The notes under the pieces: model-generated
Told to the model about the DNA's origin: nothing
Database searches by the model: none
The model's input: only the letters and a program-made list of their open reading frames with translations
In this document: positions 9,959 through 17,973 of the stretch, piece after piece
Numbering within the stretch: the stretch's first letter is position 1
How the letters are laid out: each line of letters starts with the position of its first letter
From: a virus
IMG/VR virus record: IMGVR_UViG_3300007513_000005
Direction: 5' to 3' (one strand)
DNA length: 64,000 bases
Position numbers and translations under genes: made by a program

Positions 9959-12582
9959 GCACTGCCCCCATTAATGGCATAGACCCTACTTCCAACCTCT
10001 AATGAGACTGAAGGGTCTATGTCTCTTAGTTTAATTAGACCTTTCCGTAAATTATCTAACTGCTCCAAAAGCACGCCGTCATGTTTTGAGTTCTCAAACT
10101 TTGCCTTCTTCATCGGAACTGGACTCATGGCAGTTAAGGTATCCTCGAACCCCATCAATTGTGATTGTGTCATCTCTTCAGCAACAAACTCCCCTTTTGC
10201 TCTTGCGATATCCTTCGGGGACATGCCAGACTTCTTCATGTGCTGTTCATCCAACTTCAATTTCATACTTCCGTCTTCAATCCCCATCTTTACAAACATC
10301 GGAACAAGGACGTTGTCGGCGAAGGCGTGCCCAATACTAGACGAAGCGAGCAATCGACCAATGTAACTTCCCAGGAGACCACCTGCCATATAAGCAAGAG
10401 GTGTCAAGGCGACACCGAGACCAGGAGCAACATTTGCTAGTTGCACAATCCAACCGCCTGCCATGCCACCCAACCATCCGCCGAGAGCACCTGCAACTGC
10501 CTCTAGTACCCCTCTGGCTTTACCTTTCACATCCAAAGTATCATCATTCAGAACCATTGCAGACTCACCTATTGCAAAAAGGGTTTCAACAATTGGGTAC
10601 TTAGCGAGGGCAGCGAGCATTTTGCTGTTTGCTAATGCTTCACCCAACTTTGATCCATATTTAGCAAGAAGTCCACCGCCCGATTTCGCTCCCGCTTCGA
10701 CTGCTTCGCCTGCAACAGTAGCTCCTATACTTGATGCTGCGCCTTTCGCGACATCATCAATACCACCTGCGGCCGATCCGGCTACCGAAGATGCGGCTTG
10801 AGTGGCTGCCTCGACGCACCCTGCTGCGCCTTTTGCTGTACCTGCTGCCCTTGCTGCGGCGAGCTGAGCCTTAAGTGTACCAATTTGTAACTTCATCCTT
10901 GGTATTCGCACGAAGTTATCGAATTTTGATTTCATGTATGCTGCGCTAACTGCCATCCCTGCCAAGGCAAGTGCTGGTATAGTTATCTTGGCATGCCTGG
11001 CCAAGAATCCGACCGTTTTGGCAATAGCTGGCATGTGCTTGTTGATCTGGTTGTTAAGTTTTTGGATCAGTTCTGCCATTGCAGCATCGATTCGCTTGCT
11101 TTGGTCTAGTGTTTTTTCTGTATCCTTCTTAATCTCTTCATCCGTTGCTGCTTCGTCTAGATTAGCTACCTTAGCATCAAAATCTGCGAATTGCCCTCTA
11201 ACTATCTTTTGAAAGTTTTCTGCACTCACCCCTGCAGACCCAAGATAACCCTGCATTGCGCGTTGAACGCGTTGATGTGGTACCCCGAACTGTGCTTCTG
11301 CTCTCTGATATGCTTCTGCAATCAATCTCACCTTGCCAGATGCATCTGCAGCAAGAAGGGCAACCCCATTAACAAAAGATCCGCCCAATAATGAATTTAG
11401 TTTGGCAGCTGTCTTCAGGGCGTTTTCTGATGTGTCCAAATCTTCAGTTAAAGACATCAAATCTTCGATCTTTACATTTGTTGCTCTCGCTGTTGCGGCA
11501 AGTCTAGCAAACATTTGCGGTGCACGTTTCCCGAATCGAGCATATGTTGGTAAAGTTTTAGCAAAGGACCCAAGAGACTCTTTCTGAGTCATCCCATAGT
11601 CTTTGCCCATCTTATAAAGGGCCCTTACTGTATGGTCCATCTCTTCGGCATCCATCCCGATACCCTTTGACATGGCTTGGTATGAACTCCCCATTGCCGT
11701 AACAGACACTCCAAGGGATTTTAACCTACCAGACATATTGGCCATTCTAACGATCTCTCCAGAGTCTCTAAAATCCTTAAAAACCTTCATCTCGCTTTGA
11801 AGATCCGCTAATATTTCACCAGCAGCTGCTGGAGACCCAGGACCATACACTGATGCCAACTCTTGGCCAATATCCATCATCTCTGTTGTGAGTCCCGACA
11901 ATCCAGTCTTCTGATACAGTTTTGCTCTTGCTTCATCTACTGCCTTAGCTTGTTCAAACATTTTCGTAAACACAGCAACCAGGATATTTGATGAGTTGAC
12001 GGTTTTCTTGAGTCCTTTCCCAAATCCCTTGATCGAACCAATAATGCCGTCTGGGCCTGAAAAGGAATTACTAACGCCGAGGACTGACTGGGTCATCTTT
12101 ACTGCTATGGATTCGCCTTTTGCTAGCGACTTCAACATGCTGTCATTTTCGTCTATTTCTTGCTTTAACAGTTTGTACTTTTCTTGTGCTCTTTTGGCAG
12201 CTTCTGTGTTCAACTCTCCAGCTATAGCATATTCTTCTATTTTGCTCTTTATTTTAGACATTTGAGATTGTGCGATCTGCTTCTTTACTTCGGAAGCCTC
12301 TTGAGTATCCCACTCCAGATATTTGCCCGCTTTTTCACTATATTCTTTATCTTTCTTGAATTTCTCTAAGAGATTTCTGAAGTATTCACCTGATGATGTA
12401 CCTCCAGTGGTGCCTCCAGATTTTCTTGATAGTATCTTTTCGTATTCGGATATTAAATCACTCAATAGAGCTTGATCAGAATCGGAAATCTCAGGAGAGG
12501 TTCCGTCGCCAGGGTTGTACTCACCCCCTTGTTCGAATTTCTTAAATAATTCTTTTAATTTTTGAGGGTTTATGAATGCCAT
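9955..12582 (-). CDS. Tape-measure-like protein 1 (875 aa)
   Basis: Helical Ala/Gly-rich protein with hydrophobic Gly-rich segments, downstream of tube and chaperone genes. Confidence 0.75.
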   Translation of the reverse strand: MAFINPQKLKELFKKFEQGGEYNPGDGTSPEISDSDQALLSDLISEYEKILSRKSGGTTGGTSSGEYFRNLLEKFKKDKEYSEKAGKYLEWDTQEASEVKKQIAQSQMSKIKSKIEEYAIAGELNTEAAKRAQEKYKLLKQEIDENDSMLKSLAKGESIAVKMTQSVLGVSNSFSGPDGIIGSIKGFGKGLKKTVNSSNILVAVFTKMFEQAKAVDEARAKLYQKTGLSGLTTEMMDIGQELASVYGPGSPAAAGEILADLQSEMKVFKDFRDSGEIVRMANMSGRLKSLGVSVTAMGSSYQAMSKGIGMDAEEMDHTVRALYKMGKDYGMTQKESLGSFAKTLPTYARFGKRAPQMFARLAATARATNVKIEDLMSLTEDLDTSENALKTAAKLNSLLGGSFVNGVALLAADASGKVRLIAEAYQRAEAQFGVPHQRVQRAMQGYLGSAGVSAENFQKIVRGQFADFDAKVANLDEAATDEEIKKDTEKTLDQSKRIDAAMAELIQKLNNQINKHMPAIAKTVGFLARHAKITIPALALAGMAVSAAYMKSKFDNFVRIPRMKLQIGTLKAQLAAARAAGTAKGAAGCVEAATQAASSVAGSAAGGIDDVAKGAASSIGATVAGEAVEAGAKSGGGLLAKYGSKLGEALANSKMLAALAKYPIVETLFAIGESAMVLNDDTLDVKGKARGVLEAVAGALGGWLGGMAGGWIVQLANVAPGLGVALTPLAYMAGGLLGSYIGRLLASSSIGHAFADNVLVPMFVKMGIEDGSMKLKLDEQHMKKSGMSPKDIARAKGEFVAEEMTQSQLMGFEDTLTAMSPVPMKKAKFENSKHDGVLLEQLDNLRKGLIKLRDIDPSVSLEVGSRVYAINGGSA

Positions 12583-12593
12583 TTAGAAGTCCC

Positions 12594-12914
12594 CTACTTA
12601 AAAGGCCAAACTAAACCCGTATCTCTTTCAAAAGATTTGATTGACCTATCTAACTTGAATTTGTCTTTAAACGTCTTTGGATTGTTTAAACCATATTGAG
12701 ACAAAGAAGAGAGGTACCTTTTTTCGCCTGCAAGCGTCCTGACAAAGGAATCCACCTGTGCTGGTGATCCTTTAACAGATACAGGAAAATATTCACCCGT
12801 AAATAGAGCGTCCAAGACCATTCTCAACCTTGCGCCCATAGCGACCAAAAAACTTTCGTCGATCTTTGTGAAGTCTATTACAATTGGTTCTTTCTTATTC
12901 ATAAACGTCTCCAT
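12594..12914 (-). CDS. Hypothetical protein (106 aa) in tail assembly block
   Basis: ORF fills the gap on the coding strand; a CTAATTA motif lies 3 nt before the ATG. Confidence 0.7.
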   Translation of the reverse strand: METFMNKKEPIVIDFTKIDESFLVAMGARLRMVLDALFTGEYFPVSVKGSPAQVDSFVRTLAGEKRYLSSLSQYGLNNPKTFKDKFKLDRSIKSFERDTGLVWPFK

Positions 12915-12954
12915 TAGTAATTAGTTTGGCAAGTCAAAAGAGGATATTGTTTGT

Positions 12955-13134
12955 TTATTTCTTGATCTTTTCAGCTTCCTTGTTCCTTTCTTCAAAGTAC
13001 TTGGAGAGTCTTTCCACAAACCACCTTCTAATGGTTATAGGTAGGTCATAAACATCGAAATAGTTCCAATTACCGTGCTGAACTAGATAAAATATCTGTT
13101 CGTGCACATGTAACATATAATCAGAGGTCAGGCC
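12955..13134 (-). CDS. Probable frameshift extension of the tail assembly chaperone (GT-like segment)
   Basis: Open +1 frame starts at the T7 run (FF-GLTSDYMLHVHEQIFYLVQHGNW...LPITIRRWFVERL). Its only internal ATG (13116) has no SD. Confidence 0.6.
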   Translation of the reverse strand, partial: GLTSDYMLHVHEQIFYLVQHGNWNYFDVYDLPITIRRWFVERLSKYFEERNKEAEKIKK

Positions 13135-13987
13135 AAAAAAACGTCGCCTCCAGGGGTACCTCCGTTTCGGCTTCGGCACCGCAATACATACACTCAAAAT
13201 CTTCCTTGAGTCTTACAGTTGGAACAAGGGAAGCATAGTTCTTTCTCAAGAACCTAGAATCTCTCGCTGGCATTTCACCTATCATCTCATTCAAATCAGC
13301 TGGGTTTGCGATTTCGTCAATAGATACAATGATCATCTTTAAGAAGTCCGTCGTATTGGTTTCTGCCAACTTGTTCTTCTTCTTTGATGACATTCTACTG
13401 GCCATCCTAGATTCATCCCTAGACGTCAACAACCTAACAACAACATTTTGCCCTGACATAGGGAGAGTTGTCTCGAAGTGCCCTTGATGATTTGTCTTAA
13501 AATTCTCTGACTGTTCAAACTTCTCAAAATACTTATGATATTCTGATAGGTCAACTGTGATGTCACAGTCTGTATTGCACTCTGGGCAGGTTATCTTTAC
13601 TTCATAATCAGGCCCATACCCTGTTACTCTTGCAGCGACCATAATTGCTGACTTATCACCGATAAGCAGATCTGCTACCTGAATGCTTTGATCGACCATA
13701 ATGTTCTGAATGAACTTATCAATTGCCACTCCCTTTCTTAAAAGAGCGGGAGATGTTAAGATATCTTCATCCCTGGCTGTCATGAATCTAATCTCAACTG
13801 TCTCTTGACCGTGGAGAGGGTGATTCTGTGGATAAAACAGACCCCTAGACGGCAGTTCGACGAATTCGGTGTTTGCCGTTCTTCTTACTGCTTGTACTGG
13901 GGGTTGTGGACTTTGTAACTCCTCTGGAGCTGTTTGTTTTTTGGCAGGAGGCGCTTTGCGCGCCATCCTGTTCGAATTTCTACTCAT
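13121..13987 (-). CDS. T4 gp26-like baseplate hub/tail assembly chaperone
   Basis: EFVELPSRGLFYP, MTARDEDILTS, AARVTGYGPDY, two CxxC motifs (CPEC, CMYC), terminal FFWPDL; lies between tube and tape-measure genes. Confidence 0.7.
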   Translation of the reverse strand: MSRNSNRMARKAPPAKKQTAPEELQSPQPPVQAVRRTANTEFVELPSRGLFYPQNHPLHGQETVEIRFMTARDEDILTSPALLRKGVAIDKFIQNIMVDQSIQVADLLIGDKSAIMVAARVTGYGPDYEVKITCPECNTDCDITVDLSEYHKYFEKFEQSENFKTNHQGHFETTLPMSGQNVVVRLLTSRDESRMASRMSSKKKNKLAETNTTDFLKMIIVSIDEIANPADLNEMIGEMPARDSRFLRKNYASLVPTVRLKEDFECMYCGAEAETEVPLEATFFWPDL

Positions 13988-14039
13988 TTAAACCTCACTT
14001 TACTAAAACTATTATAAACCAAAATAAATATTTTTTTTA

Positions 14040-14666
14040 TTAAACTCCTGGTGCTAATCCAGTAAGTCCTGCCTGTGCGCCTTGCCCAGACTGTTGAACC
14101 TGACGAAGTGCGCCCTTATCTGAAACGCCCTTAGTATCAAGTCCTGCCCAATCAAATCTCATCGTAAGTTCAACGTTTACAAGATCGTCAGACTCATAAT
14201 CAAGATCACCAAAGTTAACACTCTTAATCCAAGGATTATATAGAGACCAGGTCTCGATCGGAGATCCATTCTCATCAATCGTGTGAATATACACTCTACC
14301 ACCCACTGCGCTTGTTGCCTGCTTCTTAGAGAAGGTAACAATATTGCTCGCCTTACCTCTACCCAGAGGGTCATTCAAGAAGTTGTGCGGTGCAACGTAA
14401 CCAGACAATTCAATCAAGTCCAACATGGTCTTTGATGCATCTGGATCAACTGGATCAACAAGAGTCATACTGATCTCTTCCCACTCCAATCTCCCAGGGT
14501 AATAAAACTTATAGTTAATAAAACTATGCTCAGACTCCGATACCGAAAAATTGGGTTTACCCGTTGTCTTCACGATCCACTGCGGGATACCATTAAACGA
14601 TAACAAAAATCTGTATTTTCTCTTTGGCTCAATTGAAGCATCTGACCAAAATTTCTGACTTGCCAT
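14040..14666 (-). CDS. Tail tube protein (gp19-like)
   Basis: RKYRFLLSF...YYPGRLEWEEISMTLVDPV...ETWSLYNPWIKSVNFGDLDYESDD...MRFDWA; directly downstream of sheath; AGGAGG SD. Confidence 0.85.
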   Translation of the reverse strand: MASQKFWSDASIEPKRKYRFLLSFNGIPQWIVKTTGKPNFSVSESEHSFINYKFYYPGRLEWEEISMTLVDPVDPDASKTMLDLIELSGYVAPHNFLNDPLGRGKASNIVTFSKKQATSAVGGRVYIHTIDENGSPIETWSLYNPWIKSVNFGDLDYESDDLVNVELTMRFDWAGLDTKGVSDKGALRQVQQSGQGAQAGLTGLAPGV

Positions 14667-14682
14667 TATAAAAATCCTCCTA

Positions 14683-14699
14683 ACACTATTAAATAGTGT
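14683..14699. promoter_or_regulatory. Perfect 8-bp inverted repeat ACACTATT-A-AATAGTGT containing the CTATTTA motif, abutting the tube-gene SD
   Basis: Read directly from the sequence; AGGAGG is at 14676-14681. Confidence 0.45.
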
Positions 14700-14709
14700 C
14701 TATTATTTT

Positions 14710-17700
14710 TTAATCTTCAAATGATGCACCTGAATTGGTGATCATGAAGTCGATCGCAATGAACTCAATTGCTCTGGCAGGCTTCAAGAAGATCTTTGCG
14801 TACATGATATTTCTATCAATCAAATCTGGTGTCGTTGTTGTCTCATCAAGTACAACCTTGAATTCCGTCAAACCAAATCTAGACTTTACACCGTCCAGGA
14901 AAGGTTCTACAGAACCACGGAATCTATCCCATGTTGCTTGTACGTTCTGATCGAAAAGCAACGTTGCTGCTCTTCTTGACACCTCTTTCTTGATGTAGAT
15001 CATCAAGCGACGTACATTAATTCTATCAAGTGCTGAAGGCGTTGCTTGAAGCGTCTTCTGACCAAACACCACAATGCCCTCTGCTGGGAACTGCGCGATT
15101 GGGTTAATATTCGCCTCATATAGATCGTCTCTCTCTTTCGAAGAAACTCTCTGAGATACTGCAAGTACTGGCAGACCGCCAGCACCCTCTGACAATCCAC
15201 CTCTGGTGAACCCTGCAGGTGCGAACCATAACTCAGATCTTGCCTGAGTGCTACCAAACGTTCCAAGTGCCACAACTGACGGTGGTACCCAAATCTGTCG
15301 GTCGCTGATCTGGTCAGAGACCTTAACCCAAGGATAGAAAGCACAAGCATAACTTGAGTTCAACCCTCTGTTCTCTATATTGTCAACTGCTGTTCTGACC
15401 TTTGAATTCTGAATTCGGGTCTTGAAGTCATCAGTATTCTCTGTTGATGGAATATAACCGCCTGCCTCGATATCAATGACAGCGAGAGTGTCTGCGCGGT
15501 CCTCACACGTTCTAATCATGTGATTTGTTATTCTCGTGTTCGTGATGCCTGGGATGGCAAGAGCGTTCATCTCTACCACCTCTGGATCTGCGACAGCGTC
15601 GATGCCGCGCTTAAGTGTCGCGATTTCGTATGCTGTTGTCTCGTCACCAGAAGAGAACTTGGAATTTCTAAATGGTTCCTTCTCCGTAATATCAAAACCA
15701 TCAAACCCACCATATACTGGGCAAGTGAATTTTGCGAACCCTGCCTTAACTAGGTCCTTATATCCACCTCTCTTGGCGGTGTAGGACTTGTTGAGTGCTC
15801 TAGATCCACTGACATATACCGCTGTGCCAACATCTACTGGAGTGATTGACCCCTGGTTCTTACCAAGGTTAGATGCCAGAGATCCCGACTTACTTACTAT
15901 GATAAGGTCATCCAAAGTGAACATGAATGAATTCTCTACCTTTGCGGATGCTGCAGAGGCGTCATAAACACCTGCGCCCAAGAACCCACTACCCATGCGG
16001 CGAGTAATGTCGACGAACGAAGGATCGAACTTTGTATCTGTTGGTGTTCTGTATGTCGAAACACCAAAGAATGAGTTCTTCGGATTTGACAGACCCTCTT
16101 CAGATGCTGAAAGTCTCATTGGTAATGTTGGATAGACCAACGATGCAGTCAATTTCTGTGGGAATCCCAAATAAGGGATGTTCGTACTACCTGCTGACTT
16201 GATACCTGTTGCGCTTGTGCCAGCGACTACGTCTGACGATGCGGCTAAAATAGCGGACCCAGTTGCTGCGCCCATAAATTTACCTTCGCCATTACTTCCA
16301 GAATCATGTACGGTAAATGCGCCAAATCCAGTTGCAACCTTGGTTTCGCCTGTAGCGATTGTACCCGTCTTGTATCTAGGCGGACCATAGAAACCGAATG
16401 GCATACTGATCGGATCGGTAACACCGTTATCAACATCCTGATCAACCAACACTCTAAAGAATGAAGAGTTGTTGTCATAATTACCGTAAACCCTGTATCT
16501 CTTGTCTGTTTCGTCCCACTCTCTGTACTTGTCACCGACTTTACGTCCGATATAGTTACTAGAGTTAGGGTTTAGATTACACTGTGAGAATCTCTCCAAA
16601 ACAACTGGCCTTGCATCGTTGTCAGAAATTCTTCTGACCAACACTGAAAATGTTCCGTAAGGATCTACGTCATTACCTGCCTTTACATCGGTAATTGAAA
16701 CTTTTAAGTTTCTGGTGTTCCACCCACCGTCGTTAATACCAACAAATCTAAACAACTTCTGCATCGCCGCTGCTTTGTATCCAGTACCAATAGCATTTAA
16801 ATCCTGAGAAAAGATCCAAGGCGTTCTAGAGTCCTGGTGGGCGATTGCTCTTACCATGCCGCTTGTCGTACTATGAAGAGGTACAATCATAGCGCATAGG
16901 GAACTATCAGCAGATAACTCGCCTTTGTGAAGCGATCCACTGGTTCCTAAGAATCCGTGCGTGTCTTTAGCAAATCTGTCGAATGACTCTCCCAACCAGT
17001 ATTTTGTTAATCCTGCTGCCTGAGTCGTGTCACCGTTTGTCAGTGTAGGGTTCGTGTTGAACACCTTTCTAATATATTTGTCCGAATTTCTATCAAAGTT
17101 GAAGGTTACTCTTCTTTCTGCCTTTGCGCCGTCTGTAAGAAGTGCTGAGAACTCCATTTTTGATGAATCCGTCGATTGTACAAGTACGTGAGAACCAGTG
17201 CCGTGGATACGTGCGCCTGGCCAGTGTGCTTTTTCACCAGCAAGGTGTCCAATGGTGCCCGTCAATGCCATTGCGCCCTTTTGGAAGTACCAAACAGCGG
17301 CAAGGTTACCTTCCATTGCTCTGTTTTGGTTTAGTTTCTCACCTTGTGATGTGATTGAGGCATTTTCCCCAACTAAACTGCTACGTCGGTCAACACCGCC
17401 CGTAGAAAAAAGATACAAACCATAAACTGCTGATTTGGTGTCATCGACAGCAGATGCATCCAAAGACTGATCTAGCGTCCAACCTGCGGCGCCAGCTGAA
17501 GTTGCTTGCGGGTCTTCTGTGCCCAACAATCTAACGACATTAACAGGCCCCGCGTTTTTCAAAAATGCTTGGGCAGCATATGCGGCGTAAGTTGGCGCAG
17601 TTTCGTTGCCTTCTCTCCAAACATCACCACCCTTACCTCCTGGGATTGGGTTGCCAAACACTTCAATGAATTGTGACATGCTATCGACCCTAAGAGGGAT

Positions 17701-17832
17701 CATACCTGGACCTTTTGCTAGGCGACCAACGATCGTTGGACCTACGTCCTCTGGCTCTCTTGCCAATTGTGAGTTATCGATCTCATTGAGAAAGATACCT
17801 GGGGATACAAATTTAAATCTCTTTACAGACAT
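14710..17832 (-). CDS. Tail sheath protein (gp18-like), 1040 aa
   Basis: FVSPGIFLNEID N-terminus; C-terminal WFAPAGFTRG, LYEANINPI, FGQKTLQ...SALDRINVRRLMIYIKK, KPARAIEFIAIDF. Confidence 0.95.
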   Translation of the reverse strand: MSVKRFKFVSPGIFLNEIDNSQLAREPEDVGPTIVGRLAKGPGMIPLRVDSMSQFIEVFGNPIPGGKGGDVWREGNETAPTYAAYAAQAFLKNAGPVNVVRLLGTEDPQATSAGAAGWTLDQSLDASAVDDTKSAVYGLYLFSTGGVDRRSSLVGENASITSQGEKLNQNRAMEGNLAAVWYFQKGAMALTGTIGHLAGEKAHWPGARIHGTGSHVLVQSTDSSKMEFSALLTDGAKAERRVTFNFDRNSDKYIRKVFNTNPTLTNGDTTQAAGLTKYWLGESFDRFAKDTHGFLGTSGSLHKGELSADSSLCAMIVPLHSTTSGMVRAIAHQDSRTPWIFSQDLNAIGTGYKAAAMQKLFRFVGINDGGWNTRNLKVSITDVKAGNDVDPYGTFSVLVRRISDNDARPVVLERFSQCNLNPNSSNYIGRKVGDKYREWDETDKRYRVYGNYDNNSSFFRVLVDQDVDNGVTDPISMPFGFYGPPRYKTGTIATGETKVATGFGAFTVHDSGSNGEGKFMGAATGSAILAASSDVVAGTSATGIKSAGSTNIPYLGFPQKLTASLVYPTLPMRLSASEEGLSNPKNSFFGVSTYRTPTDTKFDPSFVDITRRMGSGFLGAGVYDASAASAKVENSFMFTLDDLIIVSKSGSLASNLGKNQGSITPVDVGTAVYVSGSRALNKSYTAKRGGYKDLVKAGFAKFTCPVYGGFDGFDITEKEPFRNSKFSSGDETTAYEIATLKRGIDAVADPEVVEMNALAIPGITNTRITNHMIRTCEDRADTLAVIDIEAGGYIPSTENTDDFKTRIQNSKVRTAVDNIENRGLNSSYACAFYPWVKVSDQISDRQIWVPPSVVALGTFGSTQARSELWFAPAGFTRGGLSEGAGGLPVLAVSQRVSSKERDDLYEANINPIAQFPAEGIVVFGQKTLQATPSALDRINVRRLMIYIKKEVSRRAATLLFDQNVQATWDRFRGSVEPFLDGVKSRFGLTEFKVVLDETTTTPDLIDRNIMYAKIFLKPARAIEFIAIDFMITNSGASFED

Positions 17833-17939
17833 ACTGGAAATCTCCTTATAACGAAAAATTACAAAATATTATTTATTTTCTCTCTATTAAATAGTCTTTG
17901 AAAATTCCAAAAGTTAGTAAAAGAAACAAGAAAAGGAAG

Positions 17940-17959
17940 TGGGGGGCGTGAGCCCCCCA
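17940..17959 (-). terminator. Intrinsic terminator after long fibre gene
   Basis: 8-bp stem TGGGGGGC/GCCCCCCA with a 4-nt loop, followed on the minus strand by CTTCCTTTTCTTGTTTCTTTT. Confidence 0.7.
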
Positions 17960-17973
17960 TTTAGGTAGGTTTA

